Shown here one piece after another: positions 19,470 to 30,284 of a stretch of DNA of 64,000 nucleotides. Made by a program: the position numbers and the translations under genes. Below the pieces are notes generated by a model. It was not told where the DNA came from, did not search any database, and saw only the letters and a program-made list of their open reading frames with translations. Position 1 is the first letter of the stretch. The number at the start of each line of letters is the position of its first letter. This stretch comes from SAR324 cluster bacterium (GTDB lineage: Bacteria > SAR324 > NAC60-12): the NCBI GenBank assembly GCA_015231885.1, contig JADGAT010000005.1:38381-102380 (forward strand), given 5' to 3'.

Positions 19470-19859
19470 TTAAGCTTCAGGAATAAGCTCTTCGAGGACG
19501 GTCACTTCATTCCGGACCGTATTTTGTTGTTCTTGCGTAATATTCACAAATTGCAGCCCTGTTTCCCAAGAAGAATAGTCATCTTCGGACAAAGCATTTC
19601 TCCAAACCACCTGAGCTTTAACTTTCAAAGGATCCTGATCAATAAAGTCAAAGACATTAGCCCTCTGAAAGTACACTTCTAAGGTAACCAGAGAATTTAT
19701 CGGAAGCTTGACTCCAATCTCAATGTGAATGCCATAAAGAGAAATATCCCGGGAATGCCCTGCTAAATGGGGTAAATCTTCTCGGATATAAATTTGAATA
19801 GGAGTTTGAAGCTCCCAGCGTCTTTCTTCTCCAACTTCTATGTAGCGCTCTGGTTCCAT
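19470..19859 (-). CDS. PilZ domain protein
   Basis: DISLYG (DxSxxG), A.VVW, GLQF. The RxxxR motif appears incomplete. Confidence 0.8.
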   Translation of the reverse strand: MEPERYIEVGEERRWELQTPIQIYIREDLPHLAGHSRDISLYGIHIEIGVKLPINSLVTLEVYFQRANVFDFIDQDPLKVKAQVVWRNALSEDDYSSWETGLQFVNITQEQQNTVRNEVTVLEELIPEA

Positions 19860-19978
19860 CGTTTTTTAAATGTAGTAAAAATTTACAATGGGCAGCAGTC
19901 CAAATAGTTTGGTGCTCCTCATGTTTCTCAGAGTAGTCGACGGACTGCTTATCGAAGGCGGTCTGTCGTCATTTATTA

Positions 19979-21961
19979 TCAATGCATTGGGCGAGCAACA
20001 ATTTGATACAATTGTGCTTCGATAAATAATTCTAGTAAATCGTTATCAATATGGTTATCTTTTGCCTCGAACTCCAGGATATTTAATGCACGATCTGGTG
20101 GGATTGCTTTTTTATAAGGGCGATCATATGCAGTTAACGCGTCATAAATGTCGGCGATTGTCATTATCTTAGATTGCAGTGGAATTTGATCACCTTCTAA
20201 TTGTTGCGGGTATCCCTTACCATTGAGTTTTTCATGATGCGCATAAGCTATTTTTGGCACTTCACGTAAATTTTTTGTCCAGGGAATGATACTCAAAAAT
20301 TTATAAGTATGGGTTACATGAGATTCAATTTCACGACGATCTTTATCATTCAAAGATCCTTTTGGGACAGACAAAGAAGCCACTTCTGGGACATTGAGAT
20401 AGGGAGTGGAAATCAGAGAGTTATCATTGACCAGCAGCTGGCTGATTTCCTGCAACCTTTCAAAGCCTCCCTGTGCCAGAACAGTGGGTTCATTACATCG
20501 AATAATGAATTTGATATAATCATCGATTTCATCCAGGCGCGCCTTCAGGGTTTGGTTACTTTCTGCAATAAAGGCCAAGGATTCTTCATGAGATTTCTCT
20601 AGCGAATATTCTAACTGCTTCTTCGTTATTTCAAATTCCAGGCTCATTCGAATCAGCTTAAAACGATCGGCAACCGCTTGCTGTTCATGGGGGTACAATT
20701 TTTTCGATTTGACCAAAACCTGCTCACGTACTCCAATCTTACCAAAATCATGCAATAACGAGGCATAGCGGATTTCATTCATTTCTTCTGCAGTAAAAAA
20801 AACTCCAGCGAAACGTCCTGTCTGATTCCGGTTGAGTGCTTCCGCCAAACCGACCGTTAATGCCGCAACCCTACTTGAATGCCCCGATGTCGTAGGATCT
20901 CTGGATTCGATGGCCTTCACACTAGCATTAATGAATCCGTCAAAAAGCGTTTGGATCGAATCAATCAGCTTTTTGTTCTGCAGTGCTACTGCTGCTTGTG
21001 ATGCAATAGACTGAATAGCTTTGGCATGTTGAGGAGTGAAGGGAATGACCTGATCCAAAATTTCTTTTGGACTCCCCAAGGAGGTATGGTATTTTTTTTT
21101 GCAGTTGATCAATTGGATCACACCAATCACCGTATCCTCATGCCCCAGCATCGGGATAGTCAACATCGATTTTGTACGATAATTGATAGTGATATCAAAT
21201 TCACGACCTCCCCAACTGTATTCCCGCTCTGGCTCAATATAGTAAGCGTCTTCGATGAGTAATGGCCGATTGGTCAACGCTACATAGCCATAGATAGATT
21301 TTTTGCTAATATCCAGTACAAAAGATTGGAATGGCACATTACGAGACTCATTTTTTGCCACCTCAAACCGAAATCGTTTGTTTACAAAATAGTCATTTTC
21401 ATTTTCTGGAACTCCTGGGATTTCTTCAATCAGGTAAAGGCTGCCCGCATCGGCATGGGTCAGTTCCATCGAATTTGTGATAATGAGATCTAACAGAGAT
21501 TCCAGACTCTTTTCTGCAGAAAGCGCAATCCCAATTTCATGCAATTGATCGACTTCAAGCTTTCGGTATTCAACATCTTGCTCCAGTTGGCTAATAGCAA
21601 TGAGGTTATCAAAAGAGCGAACGGCTTCTGTAATGACAAATTCCCACCGCTTTGGGGAAATCTCAGGATCAATCCAGGACAAAATACGATGATTTGCATT
21701 ACAATCAATTGAAGTCTCACTCCCTTCTTCAACAACGATGATGCCTATTTCAGAAATTCTCTCGGTTGATTGCTGTTTGAACCATGGAATATAATCCGAT
21801 TCTGTTAAAACCATCAGTAACGGCGAATCACTCTGATCCACCGTCATCTCTTGATGACTTTTGTAAAATTCTGTAGAGAGCTCGAATGGATGCTCTTTTA
21901 AGGCAGGAGCTTCTTTTAAATGCCGCAGAGATTCAGGAATTGCCAAGCGTAGTTGATCCAT
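19979..21961 (-). CDS. GAF + HD-GYP cyclic-dinucleotide phosphodiesterase
   Basis: GAF (YRTKSMLTIPM), ESRDPTTSGHS.RV, LLHDFGKIG, HHEKLNGKGYP, ADIYDALT..RPYK. Confidence 0.93.
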   Translation of the reverse strand: MDQLRLAIPESLRHLKEAPALKEHPFELSTEFYKSHQEMTVDQSDSPLLMVLTESDYIPWFKQQSTERISEIGIIVVEEGSETSIDCNANHRILSWIDPEISPKRWEFVITEAVRSFDNLIAISQLEQDVEYRKLEVDQLHEIGIALSAEKSLESLLDLIITNSMELTHADAGSLYLIEEIPGVPENENDYFVNKRFRFEVAKNESRNVPFQSFVLDISKKSIYGYVALTNRPLLIEDAYYIEPEREYSWGGREFDITINYRTKSMLTIPMLGHEDTVIGVIQLINCKKKYHTSLGSPKEILDQVIPFTPQHAKAIQSIASQAAVALQNKKLIDSIQTLFDGFINASVKAIESRDPTTSGHSSRVAALTVGLAEALNRNQTGRFAGVFFTAEEMNEIRYASLLHDFGKIGVREQVLVKSKKLYPHEQQAVADRFKLIRMSLEFEITKKQLEYSLEKSHEESLAFIAESNQTLKARLDEIDDYIKFIIRCNEPTVLAQGGFERLQEISQLLVNDNSLISTPYLNVPEVASLSVPKGSLNDKDRREIESHVTHTYKFLSIIPWTKNLREVPKIAYAHHEKLNGKGYPQQLEGDQIPLQSKIMTIADIYDALTAYDRPYKKAIPPDRALNILEFEAKDNHIDNDLLELFIEAQLYQIVARPMH

Positions 21962-22061
21962 ACCACCATCTGTATAGTTGGTGAAGTAGTAAGCCTGTTT
22001 AAATGATAACTTAAAATAATTTCATGAACTCAAAAATACTTCAAGATAATACTGTTAATGC

Positions 22062-23303
22062 TCAAGCAAAGACAGCGCTTGACCAGAATTTCAACTGATA
22101 TTGCCAATGGAGAAATTCTTCATAATTTTGTAATCCATTAAACACACTCAAGAACGTTTTCCGATGAGCAGGTTTCTGATTCAGGAGCACAATCACATGT
22201 TCCAACAATCCAGGACGTTTTAAAAAAAATCTCATCAGCTTTATAAATCTGTCTAATTCATGGACTCTTTTTAAATAATCCTGTTCCCATTGGGCGAAGT
22301 CCCATTGTTCTTCATGACGGCGGATCAAAACTTTCAGCAAATCATCGATTCCTTGCAAACCCATCAGCAGGCCGGAAGAACCTATAGGATCCATACAACG
22401 GGCGGCATCTCCCATCAGGACAACACCAGGTGACTGGAGTTGGGTACTGTAGTTTCCCCGTAAAGAAACGATTCTCCAATCATCAATCGGGGAAGCCCCC
22501 TTCATCGCATCTGCAAAATTTTCAGAACGAGACAATATCTGTTGGAATAAATTTTCCAGATTATCTTTATGAGAGGTTACCTTCACTGACGGATGATTCA
22601 AATCCGTTTCCAACTCAACATACGCACACCCTTCACCTCTTTCATCTGCAGAAAAAGTCAACAGGATTTGTCCGCGTCGGGGTTGCAGAAACAAAGCAGT
22701 ATGGTGACCAGTAAATTGCGTATTAGCATACATTCGCCCCTGGTAAAGGCGATTAAAGCTAGGCCTCTCTGATCGAAACCCCAATGTCTTTGCTAGTTTA
22801 GATTGAGACCCATCACAAACAATGACTTGTTTACAAAAAAACTGCAGCTTTTTCTCCTGGTGTACACACTGGATTCCAATCACCCGTTGATTTTTCCAAA
22901 GTGGAGCAACTGCCTGCACATGATCCAAGCAGTCAACATCCATATCCGCAATGCCATGGCGTAATTTCACATCAAATTCTTCTCTACAAAAAAATATTCG
23001 ACGACCTCGTTCCTCCCATTCTTCGTGAAGTGCAGTTCCTGTTTCTGTGGTGATGCTCAACCGTTTTCCTTCATTAATTTGTGTTTCCTTGACCAATGAA
23101 TCCACACGTAACTTATGCAGCAACGGAAAAAAAACTTCGCTGATTCCATTCAAATAAGGACCATTGACACTGTGCCAGTCATTTTTTTCCAGAATCAAAA
23201 CACGGAAACCATGATGATAAAGATTCATAGCCAGAATACATCCAACAGGACCCGCACCAGCAATAATAAAATCATAGCTATTATTTTTTTGATTTTGGAG
23301 CAT
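22062..23303 (-). CDS. FAD-dependent oxidoreductase (geranylgeranyl-reductase/aromatic hydroxylase fold)
   Basis: IIAGAGPVG, ILEK, R.EFD, CDG..S, LMGDAA...DP...SG. Confidence 0.8.
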   Translation of the reverse strand: MLQNQKNNSYDFIIAGAGPVGCILAMNLYHHGFRVLILEKNDWHSVNGPYLNGISEVFFPLLHKLRVDSLVKETQINEGKRLSITTETGTALHEEWEERGRRIFFCREEFDVKLRHGIADMDVDCLDHVQAVAPLWKNQRVIGIQCVHQEKKLQFFCKQVIVCDGSQSKLAKTLGFRSERPSFNRLYQGRMYANTQFTGHHTALFLQPRRGQILLTFSADERGEGCAYVELETDLNHPSVKVTSHKDNLENLFQQILSRSENFADAMKGASPIDDWRIVSLRGNYSTQLQSPGVVLMGDAARCMDPIGSSGLLMGLQGIDDLLKVLIRRHEEQWDFAQWEQDYLKRVHELDRFIKLMRFFLKRPGLLEHVIVLLNQKPAHRKTFLSVFNGLQNYEEFLHWQYQLKFWSSAVFA

Positions 23304-25116
23304 GAGACATATTCCACAAACTTTTAACAGCAGACATTCCTGATTGCAGTACGAGCTTACCTGCCCCTATGTATTCAGGCTTGCGTATTGTTTTTAATTT
23401 ACCCTGCAAATAAGCATCCAGAGTATCCTGATGACGCAGCTTCCCACTAGAAGTACGCAGGAGTGTATATTTTTCCAGCAAAATGACATAATCGACCTGA
23501 ACACCATGTTCTGCAAGCAATTGTGCTGTTATTTCAATTTCCACGCCTGCCAATTTCTCTTTAGCAGCCAGTATGGAGTCCGTTACTTCCACAAAGCAGT
23601 AAATCTCTTCAATCACATTTTCTGCTGTATTCGTGATCAAACAAGAAACAGCCAGGCAATTCCCGGTGCGTACTCCTTGAACATTCCCCATCGTATTTTC
23701 TAACTCATGGGGATAAATATTTCGACCATTGCGAATAATGAGGTTTTTGTTTCGTCCACAGACGTACAATTTATTATCGTGGATGAAACCTAAATCTCCT
23801 GTCAATAACCAATCTGACGTTGTCAGTTCAATGGTCCCATCCGGCTGGAGATACCCTTTCATGACGGAATCACTCTTTATTAAAATATTGCCCACGAGTC
23901 CCTGCGGCTGTACAAATGATGGATCTTCTATGGAGCCAATACGAATAGAGGTCCCCAGAATGGGGTCTCCTGCCGGAACAATTTCACAACCTCCTTTTTC
24001 ATAAACAGCTTGATGTTGTTCCAAAGCTTTTTTTTGGAACACACCACTTCTCAATCCCTGTTGAGCTTTTCCAATTGTCGCAGCCAGCGCTATTTCTGCC
24101 AAACCGTATGCAGGAACAATTGTTCCTTTTTTCAGTCCCCATTTGGCAAAACGGGATTCAAAGGCATCAACTATTTTAGGATTGATGGGCTCGGCTCCAT
24201 TCAATGCCGAATGCCAGCAAGTCAAGTCAACATTTTCCATGTGTTCTTCTTTGATTCGTTTCAGACACAGGGAATAAGCAAAATTGGGAGCCGAAGAAAA
24301 TGTTGCATGAGTTTCACTGATGAGCTGCGGCCATCTCCAAGGACGAGCAACAAAATCCTGAGGGGGCATCAGCACATTGGGGCAGTCCCAGGCCATGGGA
24401 ACCAGCATATTTCCAATCAACCCCATATCGTGATACAAGGGCAGCCAGGATAGGTTTATTGGTTCAGTAGTATCACTTTCTAAATACCGCAGTCCAATTG
24501 CTGTTATATTTGCCATCAAATTCCGATGGGAAAGCGCAACAGGCTTTGGCGAAACAGTAGTACCTGAAGAAAATTGAACCAATGCAATATCATCAGGATG
24601 AGTCTGTGGAGTCCTCAAGTCTTGTTGATCACTGAACAATTCCTCAACCTCATACAATCCCAAAAATCCTGGATGGAAGGGAACCATGGCAGGCAATAAC
24701 TTTTTTAAGCGGGGAATTGTAACCAGCAGACGAGGCTGCAATGTAACAATCATTTCTCGGGTGCGAATGCTGTAAGCATTCAGCCCATGTAATCCCATTG
24801 GAGGATAAAGCGGTGCTGGAATCGCTTCTACCAGGAGAGCCGCAAAATAAATCAGGATGAATTCTGGAGAGGTGGGTAGAACAATCGCAACACGATCCCC
24901 ACGGCCAACTCCAAGCACCTGCAAACCTGCTGCGACTTTTTTGGATTGAGAGAATAAGCTCGCATAACTGCAAAAATCAGATGTTTTATTTAAATGATGA
25001 AACGAAATGCCAACTTCATCATTTTCTTCCGTGTGAAGCCAAGCATCTGTTACTGTGGAAAAGACAGGAGGGGGTAATGGATCTGCGTGGATTTCAGCAA
25101 GTGGAGAATCATTCAT
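23281..25116 (-). CDS. Fatty acyl-AMP ligase (FAAL)
   Basis: QFSSGTT..PK, SWLPLYHDMGLIG, APNFAY, NGAEP, YGLAE, TGDLGF, RTSSGKLR. Confidence 0.92.
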   Translation of the reverse strand: MNDSPLAEIHADPLPPPVFSTVTDAWLHTEENDEVGISFHHLNKTSDFCSYASLFSQSKKVAAGLQVLGVGRGDRVAIVLPTSPEFILIYFAALLVEAIPAPLYPPMGLHGLNAYSIRTREMIVTLQPRLLVTIPRLKKLLPAMVPFHPGFLGLYEVEELFSDQQDLRTPQTHPDDIALVQFSSGTTVSPKPVALSHRNLMANITAIGLRYLESDTTEPINLSWLPLYHDMGLIGNMLVPMAWDCPNVLMPPQDFVARPWRWPQLISETHATFSSAPNFAYSLCLKRIKEEHMENVDLTCWHSALNGAEPINPKIVDAFESRFAKWGLKKGTIVPAYGLAEIALAATIGKAQQGLRSGVFQKKALEQHQAVYEKGGCEIVPAGDPILGTSIRIGSIEDPSFVQPQGLVGNILIKSDSVMKGYLQPDGTIELTTSDWLLTGDLGFIHDNKLYVCGRNKNLIIRNGRNIYPHELENTMGNVQGVRTGNCLAVSCLITNTAENVIEEIYCFVEVTDSILAAKEKLAGVEIEITAQLLAEHGVQVDYVILLEKYTLLRTSSGKLRHQDTLDAYLQGKLKTIRKPEYIGAGKLVLQSGMSAVKSLWNMSHAPKSKK

Positions 25117-25354
25117 GAGCTATTACATTTGTTTTAATATAATCAACGATATCTCCAACGGTATGGATATTTGAATCTTCTGTGATTTCAAATACCATTT
25201 GATAATGATTTTCTAATTCTGTCAGAAGGGTGAGTAGATAGATTGACTCTAATTCCAAATCTTTGACCAGGTGGGTATGCTCTGCAATGTTTCCTTCACA
25301 CTCACATTGCTCTGTTAAAATTTTTCTAATGATTTCAAGAGGAGTTGGTGTCAT
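25109..25354 (-). CDS. Acyl carrier protein
   Basis: 81 aa, acidic. DLELESI (Ppant Ser), ELE, TVGDIVDYI. Overlaps the FAAL start. Confidence 0.85.
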   Translation of the reverse strand: MTPTPLEIIRKILTEQCECEGNIAEHTHLVKDLELESIYLLTLLTELENHYQMVFEITEDSNIHTVGDIVDYIKTNVIAHE

Positions 25355-25356
25355 TT

Positions 25357-26931
25357 TTAGATTTTGAATCGTTGCACCTGTCCACTCAAATTATCAGACA
25401 ATTGAGTTAAATTTTCAACCGTGGCAGCGAGTTGATTGGTGCGCTCGGAAATTTCATGAATCGAGTCCGTATTTTTTTCTCCGGCCTCGCTTAATACATC
25501 AGAAATTTCAGCAATTTCCTGAATACCTATATTTTGTTCGGCCATAGCGGCGCTAGCTGAATTAATACGAACCGATATGTCTTCTACCTTGGTAATGATT
25601 CCCCGCAAAATATGTTCTGTTCTCTCTATGACTTGGTGACTTTCTCTGACATTAGAAGAGCTTTGTTCAATCAGATTACGAATTTCTATTACGGAAGAAG
25701 CACTGCGTTCTGCTAGGCGACGGACTTCTTCTGCTACAACCGCAAACCCTTTTCCACTTTCTCCCGCCTTAGCCGCCTCAATCGCAGCATTCAGAGAGAG
25801 CAAGTTGGTTTGATTGGCAATTTCAGTAATAACTTCAATGATTCCTTCAATCTGTCGGCTGCTCTCATCCAACCGTTTCATGGATTGATTGGTCGCAATC
25901 AAGGCTTCTGTTGCCTCATTGGTTTGTGTTTCTGCCTGTTTGGCTACTTTTTCAATTTCCTTGACTTGCAGGTCGGTTTCTTTAACGGTTGCCGACATTT
26001 GCTGAATCGTTGCTGCGGTACGGGCAAGAGTACTGGAAGCTTCATCGATGTCATTCCTTGCTGTTTCTAACGTAATATTATTCTCTTGAGCATTAGCAGA
26101 GAGATCTTCACTAGAGCGAGCCAGCCTCTGTGAATCGTCATTAATGCTCATAATAATATCCCGGATATTTTTAACAAAAGTATTGAAGTATTTTGCTAAT
26201 TCTTCAATCTCCTTAAGGTTGGAAACCTGTAGTTCTTTTGTCAAATCGCCTTCACCATCGACAATATCTTTCAAAGCAAAGCTTACTTTTTGAATAGGAT
26301 TGGCAATATTACCAGCAATGATCCAAACACCAATCCCTCCCAACAGCATGAATCCGGCCAATAGCCCAAACATTGTCGTCATCAGTTGATTGCGCTGCTG
26401 TAAAAATTGTTTATTGGAATAGGTGAGCATAATGCCGCCCATGAATTTATCACGAAACGTGAACGGCATGAACGAAACAAATTGATTGCCAATTTCCATG
26501 AAAGATTGTTTGTTTTGGGAAACCATCGCCAAAAATTGCTTGTCTACTTTGGTTCCCACCTTGTCTTTTACTGCATGAGATATAATCGTCCCTTTTGGAC
26601 TGACATAGTGCAGGTCCTCCAGTTTTTTCTGGATCTTCATGAGAGCAGGAAACGCATCCCATCCCATAAACGCCGCATAGACTTCCAAAGTTACCGCAAT
26701 CGTATCTTCCTCGTCACTGGTATCTTCCGGCTCTTTTGCGGGAAAGTGAGAATCCAGTTTTTTGGAGAGAGCTACAAACAGTGGCGCCGAAATATTTACG
26801 GCCTCGCTAAAAAGGCCCTCAATCAAAATATCGCGAACCTGGACAAACTGAAAAAATGCTGAAATTACCTGAATGACCAGGATCAATGGCAACACCGTAA
26901 ACATCAATCGACTTTTAATCGTCTGTAACAT
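25357..26931 (-). CDS. Methyl-accepting chemotaxis protein
   Basis: Two TM segments, HAMP (GEGDLT), [34 protein letters not shown]. Confidence 0.95.
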   Translation of the reverse strand: MLQTIKSRLMFTVLPLILVIQVISAFFQFVQVRDILIEGLFSEAVNISAPLFVALSKKLDSHFPAKEPEDTSDEEDTIAVTLEVYAAFMGWDAFPALMKIQKKLEDLHYVSPKGTIISHAVKDKVGTKVDKQFLAMVSQNKQSFMEIGNQFVSFMPFTFRDKFMGGIMLTYSNKQFLQQRNQLMTTMFGLLAGFMLLGGIGVWIIAGNIANPIQKVSFALKDIVDGEGDLTKELQVSNLKEIEELAKYFNTFVKNIRDIIMSINDDSQRLARSSEDLSANAQENNITLETARNDIDEASSTLARTAATIQQMSATVKETDLQVKEIEKVAKQAETQTNEATEALIATNQSMKRLDESSRQIEGIIEVITEIANQTNLLSLNAAIEAAKAGESGKGFAVVAEEVRRLAERSASSVIEIRNLIEQSSSNVRESHQVIERTEHILRGIITKVEDISVRINSASAAMAEQNIGIQEIAEISDVLSEAGEKNTDSIHEISERTNQLAATVENLTQLSDNLSGQVQRFKI

Positions 26932-27026
26932 CGCCCTCCTTCAGCTTTTACTTGGTTTTGTATGAGCAAACATTTTCTGTAATTGCTATTCATCAGTTAG
27001 CATAGCAATAAACGTATTACAATGCT

Positions 27027-29867
27027 TTATTTACTATTCGATGAACGGCTGCACTGATCAACAAGGTATACAATGGATCGGTAGTACCGATTGCTGTGAA
27101 CAGACAAGCCTATTTCACAGGTTTTGCTATTTGAATATCCTTCTTGACATTCAGAGGGAAGAGACGACTCAAGAGTTTGAAGCGCAGAAGCATTCAATTC
27201 AGGATATTGAAATCCTCGGTCACCAGCAAATCCACAACATCCTACATCCTCAGGCACAATCACGTTTTCAACACAGGACTGAGCCACTTCTACTATTTTC
27301 TTCTCTAAACCCATTTTTCTGAGACTGCAAGTAGGATGCAGGGCTACAGTGCGGGGTTGTTTCTCGAACTCCAGTTGCGACATCAAATATTCATGGATGA
27401 ATTCCACAGGTTCATATAATTTTAAACGCGCATCCATGTCCTGCCTCATTAGATACAAACATGGACTCGTGTCACACAACACAGGATATTCTCCTTCTTT
27501 TGTTGCCTCCAGCAAGGCCTTCTCCAATTCTCTTCGTTTGGCATGTCCCTGCTTTTCCATTCCCTTGCTCTCAAACGCCAGGCCACAACAGAGATTGGAT
27601 AGATTGGCAGGATATAGAATTTCATAATTAGCTTTACGCAGCAATGCTTGTATTTTTTCCGACAAAGATACTTTTTCTGAATCGCCTTTTGCGGCTCCGC
27701 CCATCATACGACTTAGACAGCTCGGAAAATAAACGACCTTCAGGGGATTGGCCTCATTGATGGAATGAGCTACAATGGGTGCTCCAGGTTTAGGAAAATA
27801 GCGATTCCAAAGAGGGATACGGTTGCCGGATACAGACCTCACCTTTGTCGCAATCCATTCCATATTATTGGATCCCAGGATCTGGTGTACTCCATGAACC
27901 GCATACAACCCTATTCTTGCTATCTGAGAAACCATCGCAAAATTATTGGCCACCCAATCAGCCTGTTTGTTAAATTTAGAACCATACTGGTCAGCTCGAA
28001 TGGCTTTGGTCAATTTGCCAGTATCAATCGAAACAGGGCAACCTGTCGCACACAAACCATCTGCAGCACAAGTGGCTTCACCCTGATATTGATAAAGCGA
28101 TTCAAATGCCTGTAAACGTTTTGGATCCTCCCCGGTTTCTTTCAATCGCGCAATTTCTCTCCAGGAAACAATTCGTTGACGCGGAGTCAATGTTAAGCTT
28201 CTTGAGGGGCAATAGACTTCACAAAAACCGCACTCAATGCATTTGTCAACAAGCGGATGAGCCTGCGGCAGGGGTTTTAGGTTGCGGAGGTGTATTTTAT
28301 TATCGTTATTGAGAATAACTCCAGGATTGAGCAAATTGTCAGGATCAAAAATTTGCTTGATGTGCTGCATCAGTTCGTATGCCTCTTTACCCCATTCCAA
28401 TTCGACAAAAGGTGCCATATTCCGCCCTGTGCCATGCTCTGCTTTTAAGGACCCCTGGTAATCACCAACCACCATCCGGCAAACCTCATCCATGAAATTT
28501 TCATAACGGGATACTTCTGACGGCTGCTGAAAATCCTGCGTAAACACAAAATGAACATTCCCTTCGAGTGCATGCCCAAAGATAATGGCCTCATGGTAGC
28601 CATACTTTTGAAACAATTGATGCAGCTTTGTCATGGCCTGTGCCAGGTCAGGCACTGGAACAGCAATATCTTCAATAACAACCGTAGTGCCTGTTTTCCG
28701 AACCGCTCCAACGGCAGGAAACAACCCCTTACGAATATTCCATAGCAAACTGTATTCGGCTTCTATGTTTGTAAACTCAGCAGGCATGATCGTGCGATCC
28801 TGCCCTACTTTTTTTGTGATGTCATCGATTTGCTGTTGAAGTGATTTTTTATCGGAAGCCCTGGTTTCTACCAGCAAAGCTGTGGTCTCCTCAGGTATCG
28901 TTTTCAGGTACCCAGGCATACCCGGTTTATCTTGCACCGAACGAAGTGCTGCCTGATCCATCAATTCTACGGCAGACACAGGAGTGGATTTTAATTCGGC
29001 TACTGCTTGACAAGCTTCTTTAAGATTGGGAAACAGCATCAGAGAGGACGCCTTATGGAGGTGATCTTCCACAGTATTGTAGGTAATTTCAGACATGAAT
29101 CCCAATGTCCCTTCAGAGCCAATCATTAAATGCTGAATGATCTCAAAAGGATCGTCAAAATCGATAAGGGCGTTCAGGCTATATCCGGTTGTGTTTTTCA
29201 ATCGGTATTTGTGCTGAATCAGGTCGAATAAATTTTTATTATCTTTGACTTGTTTAGCAAGTGTCTCCACTTGGGACAGCATCTCCTGGCGGGAAGCGGT
29301 AAACGCTTTTTTACTTTCAGAGTCTCCCGTATCCAGTGTACTGCCGTCAGCAAAAATAATTTTCATACTTTTTAGAGTACGGTAACTATTTTGTGCTGTA
29401 CCACAACACATGCCGCTGGCATTATTTGCAGCAATTCCTCCAATCATTGCAGAATTAATAGATGCTGGATCCGGCCCTATTTTTCTGCCAAATGAAATAA
29501 GATGACGATTGGCATTTGAACCTACCACACCTGGCTGTAGTGAAATCTGCCTGCCATCCTGCATAATGCGGTGACCTTGCCAGGTATTTGCCAGTAAAAC
29601 AAGCACAGAATCCGTAATGGACTGCCCTGAAAGGCTTGTGCCTGCCGCACGAAAAGTCACCGGTATTTTGCGATTTTCAGTTTGTTTCAGTACACCAATG
29701 ACTTCTTCTTCTGTTTCCACTTTAACAACCAGCTGAGGAATCAGCCTGTAAAAACTGGCATCTGTTCCATAGGCCAATGTCCGCAGAGGATCGTGGATCA
29801 ACCTGGTTTTAGGAATGAAAGATGATAACGCTTCATACAGTTCCAGATAATGAGATGAAAGATCCAT
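27027..29867 (-). CDS. FAD/Fe-S D-lactate dehydrogenase (Dld-II type)
   Basis: YGTDASFYRL.P, TFRAAGTSLSGQ, NNASGMCCG, GSEGTL, LKAEHGTGRNMAPF, CIECGFCE..CP, two CCG domains. Confidence 0.9.
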   Translation of the reverse strand: MDLSSHYLELYEALSSFIPKTRLIHDPLRTLAYGTDASFYRLIPQLVVKVETEEEVIGVLKQTENRKIPVTFRAAGTSLSGQSITDSVLVLLANTWQGHRIMQDGRQISLQPGVVGSNANRHLISFGRKIGPDPASINSAMIGGIAANNASGMCCGTAQNSYRTLKSMKIIFADGSTLDTGDSESKKAFTASRQEMLSQVETLAKQVKDNKNLFDLIQHKYRLKNTTGYSLNALIDFDDPFEIIQHLMIGSEGTLGFMSEITYNTVEDHLHKASSLMLFPNLKEACQAVAELKSTPVSAVELMDQAALRSVQDKPGMPGYLKTIPEETTALLVETRASDKKSLQQQIDDITKKVGQDRTIMPAEFTNIEAEYSLLWNIRKGLFPAVGAVRKTGTTVVIEDIAVPVPDLAQAMTKLHQLFQKYGYHEAIIFGHALEGNVHFVFTQDFQQPSEVSRYENFMDEVCRMVVGDYQGSLKAEHGTGRNMAPFVELEWGKEAYELMQHIKQIFDPDNLLNPGVILNNDNKIHLRNLKPLPQAHPLVDKCIECGFCEVYCPSRSLTLTPRQRIVSWREIARLKETGEDPKRLQAFESLYQYQGEATCAADGLCATGCPVSIDTGKLTKAIRADQYGSKFNKQADWVANNFAMVSQIARIGLYAVHGVHQILGSNNMEWIATKVRSVSGNRIPLWNRYFPKPGAPIVAHSINEANPLKVVYFPSCLSRMMGGAAKGDSEKVSLSEKIQALLRKANYEILYPANLSNLCCGLAFESKGMEKQGHAKRRELEKALLEATKEGEYPVLCDTSPCLYLMRQDMDARLKLYEPVEFIHEYLMSQLEFEKQPRTVALHPTCSLRKMGLEKKIVEVAQSCVENVIVPEDVGCCGFAGDRGFQYPELNASALQTLESSLPSECQEGYSNSKTCEIGLSVHSNRYYRSIVYLVDQCSRSSNSK

Positions 29868-29915
29868 GTTTTTCCTTTCTACAGACGTGCGAGAGTAAAT
29901 CGAAGTTTTCTACAA

Positions 29916-29993
29916 TCATTCATAGGCCATGGCACCCAGCCAAGTCATCAGGTTTGGAAAGAATATGACAAAAAGAAGACCCATCAGTTGAAG
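29916..29993 (-). pseudogene. Orphan 3' fragment of a TRAP DctM permease
   Basis: Translates LQLMGLLFVIFFPNLMTWLGAMAYE*, comparable to the last helix of the DctM at 48074 (IQLIGLAMMILFPQIITYLP). Confidence 0.6.
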
Positions 29994-30284
29994 ATGGTAT
30001 GATCGAAATGATAACAAGCAATTTCATTTTCAACGACCTTTTCATCACGACTTAAACTGCATATTCTCTCAATGTTCTTAACACAGAAAATGGAAAATTC
30101 CTAACAGTAATTTCATGTTTGTAATGATGAGTTTCAACTGAATGGAGTTAAACAATTTTCGATAATACTCCATACACTCGGTCTCTGAATAAAGAATGGC
30201 AAGAGGCGTGTTTTCTAAAATGAGGTAAGAGTTTTGAGTAGAAGGGGTTGGGCAAGCTTATTTGGAAAAATAAAACAAGGACTT

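Noticed and set aside
19939-19970. Riboswitch between the HD-GYP and PilZ genes
   Set aside because: Only an imperfect hairpin (GACGGACTGCTT/AGGCGGTCTGTC) is present, with no c-di-GMP riboswitch consensus recognised.
22062-23303. Flavin-dependent halogenase
   Set aside because: It lacks the WxWxIP motif; only the generic FAD motifs are present.
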